Shown here piece after piece: positions 1 to 7,812 of a DNA stretch of 15,478 nt. Both the position numbers and the translations under genes were made by a program. The notes beneath the pieces were generated by a model. It ran no database searches and was not told the origin of the DNA. It saw only the letters and a list, made by a program, of their open reading frames with translations. Source of the stretch: Escherichia coli (GTDB lineage: Bacteria > Pseudomonadota > Gammaproteobacteria > Enterobacterales > Enterobacteriaceae); NCBI RefSeq assembly GCF_003334815.1, contig NZ_QOWO01000055.1. One strand, given 5' to 3'. The first letter of the stretch is position 1. Each line of letters opens with the position of its first letter.

Positions 1-281
1 CGTTCACACGGACCGTGGAGGCCAGTACTGTTCAGCAGATTATCAGGCGCAACTGAAGCGGCATAATCTGCGTGGAAAGCTTCTTTCATTCGCTGAAAGT
101 GGAATGTATCCATGGAGAACACTTTATCAGCCGGGAAATAATGCGGGCAACGGTGTTTAATTATATCGAATGTGATTACAATCGGTGGCGGCGGCACAGT
201 TGGTGTGGCGGCCTCAGTCCGGAACAATTTGAAAACCAGAACCTCGCTTAGGCCTGTGTCCATATTACGTGGGTAGGATCA
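1..281 (+). mobile_element. IS3 insertion sequence, 3' portion only (window begins inside the element); right terminal inverted repeat ends at 281
   Basis: Translation of 2-251 matches, from memory, the C-terminal region of IS3 OrfB/InsF ([24 protein letters not shown] ... [56 protein letters not shown]). The 3' terminus GGCCTGTGTCCATATTACGTGGGTAGGATCA (251-281) resembles the IS3 right inverted repeat (TG...GGACAC motif on the complementary strand). Confidence 0.8.
2..251 (+). pseudogene. insF: IS3 transposase OrfB (InsF) C-terminal fragment, disrupted by an internal deletion and frameshift near position 77
   Basis: The reading frame changes between ...NLRG (ends 76) and FFHSLK... (starts about 81). 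The conserved IS3-family segment between them (SMS-K/R-G-N/C-C-Y/W-DNA-x-x-E) is absent. Stop codon TAG at 249-251. Confidence 0.75.
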
Positions 282-1739
282 CCGCACTCTTGACATAAGA
301 GTGCGGTCCGTGGAAAACGGAGTTGAAAAAATGGTGTCTGAAAGAAGGTACCATCATTGCGATGACAAACACTTTGGCGTGGATAATGTAATTAATTGCT
401 GAAATTGACCGTATATGCGGTAAGACTCATATCAGTATCAGGTCCGGTTAATTGCTGATACTGACATAAACTTTTTACAAAAGGATGAATGCAGAAGGTT
501 ACTCTAATGGCCAGAGTGATGACAATGATGGTCAGACGTTGACCTGCAGAAACTGCATTTTAATTGGTCTATAAAGTCTGCAAGAGGAATCAGGGCCAGA
601 TCAGTGAGTCTTATCGCGGCCCGAAGCTATGACTGAAAGAAGGCTGGATACAGAATTGCAACAATTTGGCAATGTCAGAACACAGAAGCTTTGCAAGCAG
701 GTGAAAGGTTATGTCTAGCAAAAGGAGTATATCAGAATACATCTACTGATGTACAAAACACAACAATAGCTTCATGATATATAAATACGTGATGACGAGT
801 GGTACTCCGCATGGTTATTTAACTTCTCAGCACCACTAATGATCCTGAGCAACTTCGTATTTGGGCCATTGCCATGGAGTAGAAAGCTGTGTCTGAGAAT
901 GCAGAATTTGAGAAAAGAATTCGCTTTCTTGGAGAGCTTCTGAAAATGGCACGCTAACAACGTTTTGTTAAAAAATGTGAATCACTTGCCGAGGCTGCAT
1001 TTTCTATTCGAGGAGAATGTTGACGTAGATATTACAGAAATCTCAGCGCATCAGGATAAACTGCTACCTTAGGTCAACCACCAAAAGAAAATACAATACG
1101 TCCAGTTTGTATGCCTTTAATAACACATCTTTTAAATGTTGAAGAATTATCCCGCCTGCTGAAGAACGTTGCTCTGAGTGTGATAAACCTTTTTATTCTT
1201 GATGATGTCAGCGAGAAGATGGAATATATCCCCGACTGGGTCGTGGTTACCCGGTTAAACATCTGGTGGCGCTAATAAATCTGGCAAGTCACATTCTGTT
1301 GAATGCTGTGACAGTGCCTTACCGAGAGAGCGAAATTGTGGTGTTCTAGTGCATAGTCGCCACCATTCCGGATAATTCTATTGCGTTGTTTTACAAGTTC
1401 TTTTACAGCGCAGATCTGTCGTTGACGTTGAATCAATAGCCTGGATTTCAGAACACAATGCCCGTTTGCTGGTTGGTCCGGCAGTAGCATTAATTCATTA
1501 TCTGAATGAAATGTGTCAATCCACAGAAACCGCTGTCAATGACGCATTTTGTCGGACGTTAACACGAGGAAGTCTGGCTATTCCACAATGCCATCTTCTT
1601 TCGTAATGGATTGAGAATGCTGGATTTTTAATTATATTACGCGCAGTATTGATCGTGTAAATGTTTTGCGGTCAGCAATGGTGGGGGATCCATTGTTCTG
1701 TTCAATGAATACCATCATACAATTGAATCAGGAGTCGGT

Positions 1740-2285
1740 ATGATGATTTTGGTGACGGGGGGCGCACGGAGCGGGAAGAGTCGCCACGCAGAGGCGCTTA
1801 TTGGGGACTCTTCACAGGTTCTGTATATCGCCACCTCGCAAATCCTTGATGACGAGATGGCTGCACGGATAGAACATCATCGGCAAGGCCGTCCGGCGCA
1901 CTGGCGCACGGTGGAGCGTTGGCAACATCTTGATGAATTAATTCATGCAGACATTAACCCGCATGAAGCTGTGTTGCTGGAATGCGTTACCACAATGGTG
2001 ACTAATCTGTTGTTTGATTATGGCGGCGATAAAGACCCTGATGAATGGGATTATCAGGCGATGGAACAGGCGATTAATGCTGAGATTCAGTCGTTGATTG
2101 CTGCCTGCCAACGTTGCCCCGCAAAGGTTGTATTAGTGACTAACGAAGTGGGAATGGGGATTGTGCCGGAGAGTCGTCTGGCACGACATTTTCGTGATAT
2201 TGCCGGGCGGGTAAATCAGCAGCTGGCCGCTGCGGCAAATGAAGTATGGCTGGTGGTTTCGGGTATTGGAGTAAAAATCAAATGA
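1740..2285 (+). CDS. cobU: Adenosylcobinamide kinase / adenosylcobinamide-phosphate guanylyltransferase CobU
   Basis: 181-aa ORF with P-loop GGARSGKS near the N-terminus; sequence and length match E. coli CobU as remembered; first gene of a cobU-cobS-cobT cluster. Confidence 0.95.
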   Translation: MMILVTGGARSGKSRHAEALIGDSSQVLYIATSQILDDEMAARIEHHRQGRPAHWRTVERWQHLDELIHADINPHEAVLLECVTTMVTNLLFDYGGDKDPDEWDYQAMEQAINAEIQSLIAACQRCPAKVVLVTNEVGMGIVPESRLARHFRDIAGRVNQQLAAAANEVWLVVSGIGVKIK

Positions 2286-3025
2286 GTAAATTATTTTGGG
2301 CGATGCTCTCATTTATTACGCGTCTGCCTGTACCGCGTCGCTGGTCCCAGGGACTGGATTTCGAGCATTATTCTCGCGGTATTATTACTTTTCCTTTAAT
2401 TGGATTATTGCTTGGCGCGATTAGCGGGCTGGTCTTCATGGTGCTGCAGGCATGGTGTGGCGTACCACTGGCGGCACTGTTTAGCGTACTTGTGCTGGCG
2501 CTGATGACCGGGGGATTCCACCTAGACGGCCTCGCCGATACCTGTGATGGCGTATTTTCTGCACGTAGCCGCGATCGCATGTTGGAAATCATGCGTGATA
2601 GCCGTTTAGGCACCCATGGCGGTCTGGCATTGATTTTTGTTGTACTGGCAAAGATTCTGGTATTAAGCGAGTTGGCTCTGCGTGGCGAACCGATCCTTGC
2701 ATCGCTGGCGGCAGCATGTGCGGTCAGCCGCGGGACTGCCGCATTATTGATGTATCGTCATCGTTATGCCCGGGAAGAAGGGCTTGGCAATGTGTTCATT
2801 GGCAAAATTGATGGGCGACAAACCTGCGTCACACTCGGCTTAGCCGCTATTTTTGCTGCCGTATTATTGCCAGGTATGCATGGTGTGGCTGCTATGGTGG
2901 TGACGATGGTGGCGATTTTCATCCTCGGTCAGCTTCTCAAACGTACGCTGGGCGGGCAAACCGGCGATACGCTGGGAGCTGCTATAGAGCTTGGTGAACT
3001 GGTCTTCCTGCTGGCACTGCTATAA
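2282..3025 (+). CDS. cobS: Adenosylcobinamide-GDP ribazoletransferase (cobalamin synthase) CobS
   Basis: Polytopic membrane protein. Start chosen at ATG 2282 ([11 protein letters not shown]...), giving 247 aa, rather than the ORF-track start at 2246; the ATG overlaps the cobU stop (ATGA at 2282-2285). Confidence 0.93.
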   Translation: MSKLFWAMLSFITRLPVPRRWSQGLDFEHYSRGIITFPLIGLLLGAISGLVFMVLQAWCGVPLAALFSVLVLALMTGGFHLDGLADTCDGVFSARSRDRMLEIMRDSRLGTHGGLALIFVVLAKILVLSELALRGEPILASLAAACAVSRGTAALLMYRHRYAREEGLGNVFIGKIDGRQTCVTLGLAAIFAAVLLPGMHGVAAMVVTMVAIFILGQLLKRTLGGQTGDTLGAAIELGELVFLLALL

Positions 3026-3036
3026 AGAGACGTGAC

Positions 3037-4116
3037 ATGCAAACACTTGCCGATTTACTGAATACGATCCCTGCTATCGATCCTGCCGCTATGTCGCGTG
3101 CACAACGGCATATTGACGGGTTACTCAAACCTGTTGGTAGCCTGGGAAGGCTGGAGGCGCTTGCCATACAACTGGCGGGAATGCCGGGGTTGAATGGCAT
3201 ACCGCATGTGGGCAAAAAAGCGGTACTGGTTATGTGTGCCGATCACGGCGTCTGGGAGGAAGGGGTCGCTATTTCCCCAAAAGAAGTGACAGCCATTCAG
3301 GCTGAAAATATGACCCGCGGAACAACCGGCGTGTGTGTGCTGGCAGCACAAGCGGGCGCTAACGTCCACGTAGTTGATGTTGGTATTGATAGTGCTGAGC
3401 CTATCCCCGGGCTTATCAACATGCGTGTCGCACGAGGTAGCGGCAATATTGCTTCAGCTCCGGCAATGAGTCGCCGTCAGGCTGAAAAGTTGCTTTTGGA
3501 CGTCATATGTTATACGCGGGAGCTGGCAAAAAACGGTGTCACGCTGTTTGGTGTAGGTGAACTGGGGATGGCAAACACGACACCGGCAGCGGCAATAGTC
3601 AGCACAATCACTGGCCGGGATCCTGAAGAAGTGGTTGGGATTGGCGCAAACCTGCCGACAGATAAACTGGCTAATAAAATTGATGTTGTGCGCCGGGCGA
3701 TTACGTTGAATCAACCAAATCCGCAGGATGGCGTTGATGTTCTGGCAAAAGTGGGGGGATTTGATTTGGTCGGAATGGCTGGCGTGATGTTAGGCGCTGC
3801 TTCCTGCGGTTTACCCGTGTTGCTGGATGGATTTCTTTCTTATGCTGCTGCGCTCGCAGCCTGCCAGATGTCTCCTGCAATCAAACCGTATCTCATTCCT
3901 TCTCACCTGTCGGCAGAAAAAGGGGCGCGTATAGCGCTGTCGCATTTGGGGCTGGAGCCTTATCTCAATATGGAGATGCGTTTAGGTGAGGGGAGTGGCG
4001 CAGCTCTGGCGATGCCCATCATCGAAGCTGCCTGTGCGATATATAACAACATGGGCGAACTTGCTGCCAGTAATATTGTTCTACCGGGGAATACGACTTC
4101 TGATTTGAACAGTTAA
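3037..4116 (+). CDS. cobT: Nicotinate-nucleotide--dimethylbenzimidazole phosphoribosyltransferase CobT
   Basis: 359-aa ORF ([40 protein letters not shown]...), 11 bp downstream of cobS; matches E. coli CobT as remembered. Confidence 0.95.
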   Translation: MQTLADLLNTIPAIDPAAMSRAQRHIDGLLKPVGSLGRLEALAIQLAGMPGLNGIPHVGKKAVLVMCADHGVWEEGVAISPKEVTAIQAENMTRGTTGVCVLAAQAGANVHVVDVGIDSAEPIPGLINMRVARGSGNIASAPAMSRRQAEKLLLDVICYTRELAKNGVTLFGVGELGMANTTPAAAIVSTITGRDPEEVVGIGANLPTDKLANKIDVVRRAITLNQPNPQDGVDVLAKVGGFDLVGMAGVMLGAASCGLPVLLDGFLSYAAALAACQMSPAIKPYLIPSHLSAEKGARIALSHLGLEPYLNMEMRLGEGSGAALAMPIIEAACAIYNNMGELAASNIVLPGNTTSDLNS

Positions 4117-4177
4117 AAACGAAAAGTCTGATAAAAGCTATACTTAACGGATAGCTTTCGCGACATAGGAAAGGGAC

Positions 4178-5113
4178 ATGATGCGTCGTGTAAATATTCT
4201 TTGCTCATTTGCTCTGCTTTTTGCCAGCCATACTAGCCTGGCGGTAACTTATCCATTACCTCCAGAGGGTAGCCGTTTGGTGGGGCAGTCGCTTACTGTA
4301 ACTGTTCCTGATCACAATACCCAGCCGCTGGAGACTTTTGCCGCACAATACGGGCAAGGGTTAAGTAACATGCTGGAAGCGAATCCGGGCGCTGATGTTT
4401 TCTTGCCGAAGTCTGGCTCGCAACTCACCATTCCGCAGCAACTGATTTTGCCCGCCACTGTTCGTAAAGGGATTGTGGTTAACGTCGCTGAGATGCGTCT
4501 TTATTACTACCCGCCAGACAGTAATACTGTGGAAGTCTTTCCTATTGGTATCGGCCAGGCTGGGCGAGAAACCCCGCGTAACTGGGTGACTACCGTTGAA
4601 CGTAAACAAGAAGCTCCAACCTGGACGCCAACGCCGAACACTCGGCGCGAATATGCGAAACGAGGGGAGAGTTTGCCCGCATTTGTTCCTGCGGGGCCCG
4701 ATAATCCCATGGGGCTGTACGCGATTTATATTGGCAGGTTGTATGCCATCCACGGTACCAATGCCAATTTTGGTATTGGACTTCGGGTAAGTCAGGGCTG
4801 TATTCGTCTGCGCAATGACGATATCAAATATCTGTTTGATAATGTTCCTGTTGGAACGCGTGTGCAAATTATCGACCAGCCAGTAAAATACACCACTGAA
4901 CCAGATGGCTCGAACTGGCTGGAAGTTCATGAGCCGCTGTCGCGCAATCGTGCAGAATATGAGTCTGACCGAAAAGTGCCATTGCCGGTAACCCCATCTT
5001 TGCGGGCGTTTATCAACGGGCAAGAAGTTGATGTGAATCGCGCAAAAGCTGCGTTGCAACGTCGATCGGGAATGCCTGTGCAAATTAGTTCTGGTTCAAG
5101 ACAGATGTTTTAA
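4178..5113 (+). CDS. ldtA: L,D-transpeptidase LdtA (ErfK), YkuD-domain periplasmic protein
   Basis: ORF with N-terminal signal peptide ([22 protein letters not shown]) and L,D-transpeptidase catalytic region (HGT...SQGCIRL). Tandem ATGs at 4178 and 4181; K-12 ErfK is 310 aa, which fits a start at 4181. RBS AGGAAAGGGA at 4167-4176. Confidence 0.9.
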   Translation: MMRRVNILCSFALLFASHTSLAVTYPLPPEGSRLVGQSLTVTVPDHNTQPLETFAAQYGQGLSNMLEANPGADVFLPKSGSQLTIPQQLILPATVRKGIVVNVAEMRLYYYPPDSNTVEVFPIGIGQAGRETPRNWVTTVERKQEAPTWTPTPNTRREYAKRGESLPAFVPAGPDNPMGLYAIYIGRLYAIHGTNANFGIGLRVSQGCIRLRNDDIKYLFDNVPVGTRVQIIDQPVKYTTEPDGSNWLEVHEPLSRNRAEYESDRKVPLPVTPSLRAFINGQEVDVNRAKAALQRRSGMPVQISSGSRQMF

Positions 5114-5135
5114 GAGCGTTGGTAATTAGAAAGCA

Positions 5136-5164
5136 AAAAGCCTGCTAGAAAGCAGGCTTTTTTG
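5136..5164. terminator. Bidirectional rho-independent terminator between ldtA (+) and tRNA-Asn (-)
   Basis: Stem AGCCTGCT (5139-5146), loop AGAA, stem AGCAGGCT (5151-5158), flanked by an A-run upstream and a T-run downstream, so it works in both directions. Confidence 0.7.
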
Positions 5165-5168
5165 AATT

Positions 5169-5244
5169 TGGCTCCTCTGACTGGACTCGAACCAGTGACA
5201 TACGGATTAACAGTCCGCCGTTCTACCGACTGAACTACAGAGGA
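5169..5244 (-). tRNA. asnV: tRNA-Asn (anticodon GUU)
   Basis: Reverse complement is TCCTCTGTAGTTCAGTCGGTAGAACGGCGGACTGTTAATCCGTATGTCACTGGTTCGAGTCCAGTCAGAGGAGCCA, 76 nt with encoded CCA and anticodon loop CTGTTAA. Gene name assigned by synteny (between nac and erfK in K-12). Confidence 0.96.
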
Positions 5245-5262
5245 ATCGTGTGAATGGGGCGC

Positions 5263-5291
5263 ATATTAATGGCAGTGCATGGTGATGTCAA
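5263..5291 (-). promoter_or_regulatory. Sigma70 promoter of tRNA-Asn (asnV) with GC-rich discriminator
   Basis: On the minus strand: -35 TTGACA (5286-5291), 17-bp spacer, -10 TAATAT (5263-5268), then GC-rich discriminator GCGCCCC before the tRNA 5' end; typical stable-RNA promoter layout. Confidence 0.6.
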
Positions 5292-5364
5292 AGGGTGAAA
5301 TGCATTTTTTTGTTTGTTTGCTGCCAATTTCAACAAAGTGATGAGATTTCAATCTTATTGGTAA

Positions 5365-5381
5365 TGAACCATCGTGGTGCA
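5365..5381 (+). promoter_or_regulatory. Candidate NtrC (NRI) enhancer half-site pair upstream of nac
   Basis: TGAACCATCGTGGTGCA resembles the NtrC consensus TGCACCA-N3-TGGTGCA; it lies about 150 bp upstream of the predicted sigma54 start site. Confidence 0.35.
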
Positions 5382-5498
5382 TACCCTCCTTTTATAGGGC
5401 AGGGGAACGCGACTGCTGGTGAAAAGAGCCAATGACGAATCTATCATAATCTCTTATTTGACAGTTGGTTAGCTTGTACATCAACGCCAAAATAAAAC

Positions 5499-5514
5499 TG
5501 GCAAGCATCTTGCA
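5499..5514 (+). promoter_or_regulatory. Sigma54 (RpoN) promoter of nac
   Basis: TGGCAAGCATCTTGCA: near-consensus -24 GG / -12 GC elements (TGGCA-N7-TTGCA) about 55 bp upstream of the nac ATG; nac is a known sigma54/NtrC-dependent gene. Confidence 0.75.
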
Positions 5515-5569
5515 GTCTGGTTGTAAGTAATGGCGGCACTTGGGCCGATTCTCAAAAACCGGAGGCAAC

Positions 5570-6487
5570 ATGAACTTCAGACGCCTGAAATACTTCGTAA
5601 AAATTGTAGATATTGGTAGCCTGACTCAGGCTGCTGAAGTATTGCATATCGCACAACCAGCGCTCAGCCAGCAGGTTGCCACACTGGAAGGTGAGTTAAA
5701 TCAACAACTTTTGATTCGCACAAAACGGGGCGTTACGCCAACAGACGCCGGAAAAATTCTCTATACCCATGCGCGGGCCATTTTACGTCAGTGTGAGCAG
5801 GCCCAACTGGCGGTGCATAACGTTGGTCAGGCATTATCGGGGCAAGTCTCGATTGGCTTTGCGCCAGGAACCGCTGCGTCATCTATCACCATGCCCTTAT
5901 TACAAGCGGTTCGCGCTGAATTCCCGGAGATCGTTATCTATCTTCATGAAAATAGCGGTGCAGTGCTTAACGAAAAACTGATAAATCACCAACTCGATAT
6001 GGCGGTGATTTATGAGCATTCCCCTGTGGCTGGGGTATCCAGTCAGGCTTTGCTGAAAGAAGATCTTTTCCTGGTAGGAACTCAAGATTGCCCGGGGCAA
6101 AGCGTTGATGTTAATGCTATTGCGCAAATGAACCTCTTTCTCCCCAGTGATTACAGTGCTGTTAGACTTCGTGTTGATGAGGCTTTTTCCCTACGGCGGC
6201 TCACGGCAAAAGTCATTGGTGAAATTGAGTCTATTGCCACGCTTACCGCAGCGATTGCCAGCGGCATGGGCGTTGCAGTATTACCCGAATCGGCCGCGCG
6301 TTCGTTATGTGGCGCAGTAAATGGGTGGATGTCACGCATTACCACGCCTTCCATGAGTCTCTCTTTGTCATTAAATTTACCCGCCAGAGCGAACTTATCG
6401 CCACAGGCACAGGCAGTGAAAGAGTTGTTAATGTCAGTGATTAGTTCTCCAGTGATGGAAAAAAGGCAGTGGCAATTGGTGAGCTAA
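5570..6487 (+). CDS. nac: LysR-family nitrogen assimilation control protein Nac
   Basis: Start at ATG 5570 (MNFRRLKYFVKIVDIGSLTQAAEVLHIAQPALSQQ...), 305 aa, matching E. coli Nac as remembered. The ORF-track start at 5540 is a TTG extension. RBS GGAGG at 5561-5565. Confidence 0.93.
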   Translation: MNFRRLKYFVKIVDIGSLTQAAEVLHIAQPALSQQVATLEGELNQQLLIRTKRGVTPTDAGKILYTHARAILRQCEQAQLAVHNVGQALSGQVSIGFAPGTAASSITMPLLQAVRAEFPEIVIYLHENSGAVLNEKLINHQLDMAVIYEHSPVAGVSSQALLKEDLFLVGTQDCPGQSVDVNAIAQMNLFLPSDYSAVRLRVDEAFSLRRLTAKVIGEIESIATLTAAIASGMGVAVLPESAARSLCGAVNGWMSRITTPSMSLSLSLNLPARANLSPQAQAVKELLMSVISSPVMEKRQWQLVS

Positions 6488-6588
6488 GCGTTATATCGGG
6501 ATGGAATAAGATGCGGGTTTTTATTATTTGTTATGCCGGGCATTAGACTTTAACAATAACGGGAAATCTGAGCTGCCCGGAGTTTACC

Positions 6589-7539
6589 GTGAATTTCCAA
6601 CAACTAAAGATAATCCGCGAGGCTGCACGTCAGGATTACAACCTGACAGAGGTTGCGAATATGCTTTTTACCTCACAGTCCGGCGTCAGCCGTCATATTC
6701 GGGAACTGGAGGATGAACTTGGCATCGAAATATTTGTTCGACGAGGTAAGCGACTGCTGGGCATGACTGAACCGGGCAAAGCATTACTGGTCATTGCAGA
6801 ACGTATTCTGAATGAAGCCAGTAATGTTCGTCGGCTTGCAGACCTGTTTACCAACGATACGTCTGGCGTTCTCACTATTGCAACGACGCATACTCAGGCA
6901 CGTTATAGCTTGCCTGAGGTCATTAAAGCTTTTCGCGAACTTTTCCCGGAGGTTCGGCTGGAGCTAATCCAGGGTACGCCACAGGAAATTGCGACGTTGT
7001 TGCAAAATGGCGAAGCTGATATTGGTATCGCCAGCGAGCGTTTGAGTAATGACCCGCAGCTCGTCGCCTTCCCGTGGTTTCGTTGGCACCATAGTTTGCT
7101 TGTTCCACTCGATCATCCCTTGACGCAAATTACACCGTTGACGCTGGAATCAATAGCGAAGTGGCCGTTAATCACTTACCGACAGGGGATTACGGGGCGC
7201 TCACGTATTGATGACGCATTTGCCCGCAAAGGTTTGCTGGCAGATATTGTATTAAGTGCGCAGGATTCTGATGTCATTAAAACCTATGTTGCTCTTGGGC
7301 TGGGGATTGGATTAGTTGCCGAACAATCCAGCGGCGAACAAGAGGAAGAGAATTTAATCCGTCTGGATACGCGGCATCTTTTCGATGCCAATACTGTATG
7401 GTTGGGACTGAAGCGAGGGCAACTTCAACGTAACTATGTCTGGCGCTTTCTGGAACTTTGTAATGCAGGACTGTCAGTTGAGGATATCAAGCGCCAGGTG
7501 ATGGAGAACAGTGAAGAGGAAATTGATTATCAGATATAG
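6589..7539 (+). CDS. cbl: LysR-family regulator Cbl (CysB-like; sulfonate-sulfur utilisation activator)
   Basis: 316-aa ORF starting with GTG at 6589 (MNFQQLKIIREAARQDYNLTEVANMLFTSQSGVSRHIRELEDELG...), immediately downstream of nac as in E. coli. Confidence 0.93.
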   Translation: MNFQQLKIIREAARQDYNLTEVANMLFTSQSGVSRHIRELEDELGIEIFVRRGKRLLGMTEPGKALLVIAERILNEASNVRRLADLFTNDTSGVLTIATTHTQARYSLPEVIKAFRELFPEVRLELIQGTPQEIATLLQNGEADIGIASERLSNDPQLVAFPWFRWHHSLLVPLDHPLTQITPLTLESIAKWPLITYRQGITGRSRIDDAFARKGLLADIVLSAQDSDVIKTYVALGLGIGLVAEQSSGEQEEENLIRLDTRHLFDANTVWLGLKRGQLQRNYVWRFLELCNAGLSVEDIKRQVMENSEEEIDYQI

Positions 7540-7544
7540 CAAGA

Positions 7545-7568
7545 AGCCCGCTATAAAAGCGGGCTTTT
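7545..7568. terminator. Bidirectional rho-independent terminator between cbl (+) and tRNA-Asn (-)
   Basis: Stem AGCCCGC (7545-7551), loop TATAAAA, stem GCGGGCT (7559-7565), then TTTT. Confidence 0.7.
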
Positions 7569-7576
7569 CAGAAATT

Positions 7577-7652
7577 TGGCTCCTCTGACTGGACTCGAAC
7601 CAGTGACATACGGATTAACAGTCCGCCGTTCTACCGACTGAACTACAGAGGA
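7577..7652 (-). tRNA. asnU: tRNA-Asn (anticodon GUU)
   Basis: Identical 76-nt sequence to the other two tRNA-Asn copies (reverse complement of 7577-7652). Name by synteny (between cbl and yeeO). Confidence 0.96.
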
Positions 7653-7668
7653 ATCGCTGTTGAGGCAC

Positions 7669-7696
7669 ATCTTAACGGCGAAAAATCTTTTGTCAA
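7669..7696 (-). promoter_or_regulatory. Sigma70 promoter of tRNA-Asn (asnU)
   Basis: Minus strand: -35 TTGACA (7691-7696), 16-bp spacer, -10 TAAGAT (7669-7674), GC-rich discriminator GTGCCTC, then tRNA. Confidence 0.6.
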
Positions 7697-7812
7697 ACCC
7701 GATTTTTAAATTTCCCAACTGTTTGCCGTTTCTATCAACAGTTTGTTGCATTTGCAGACAATTTGTTGGCGAAAATCTTTGCAGCTTTGCTGATTCTCCC
7801 TCATTATTTGAA

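Noticed and set aside
1490-1739. Possible cobalamin riboswitch upstream of cobU
   Set aside because: I looked for a B12-box-like conserved core and the extended structured leader and found none; the 250 bp upstream region is AT-rich without the riboswitch's characteristic GC-rich paired elements. Not excluded without a covariance-model search (Rfam cobalamin model).
2368-3714. Minus-strand ORFs of 77-86 aa inside cobS and cobT (2368-2613, 2982-3215, 3121-3369, 3454-3714)
   Set aside because: These are antisense shadow ORFs in GC-rich coding DNA, with no RBS and low-complexity translations.
4361-5083. 240-aa minus-strand ORF antisense to ldtA (with nested ORFs at 4507-4710 and 4596-4790)
   Set aside because: It lies entirely inside the well-supported ldtA coding region on the opposite strand, and its translation is arginine/serine-rich with no recognisable domain; it is a shadow ORF.
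7660-7812. N-terminal 51-codon extension of yeeO from the TTG start at 7660
   Set aside because: It overlaps the minus-strand promoter of asnU and starts 8 bp from the tRNA; the 495-aa form from ATG 7813 matches the remembered YeeO length.
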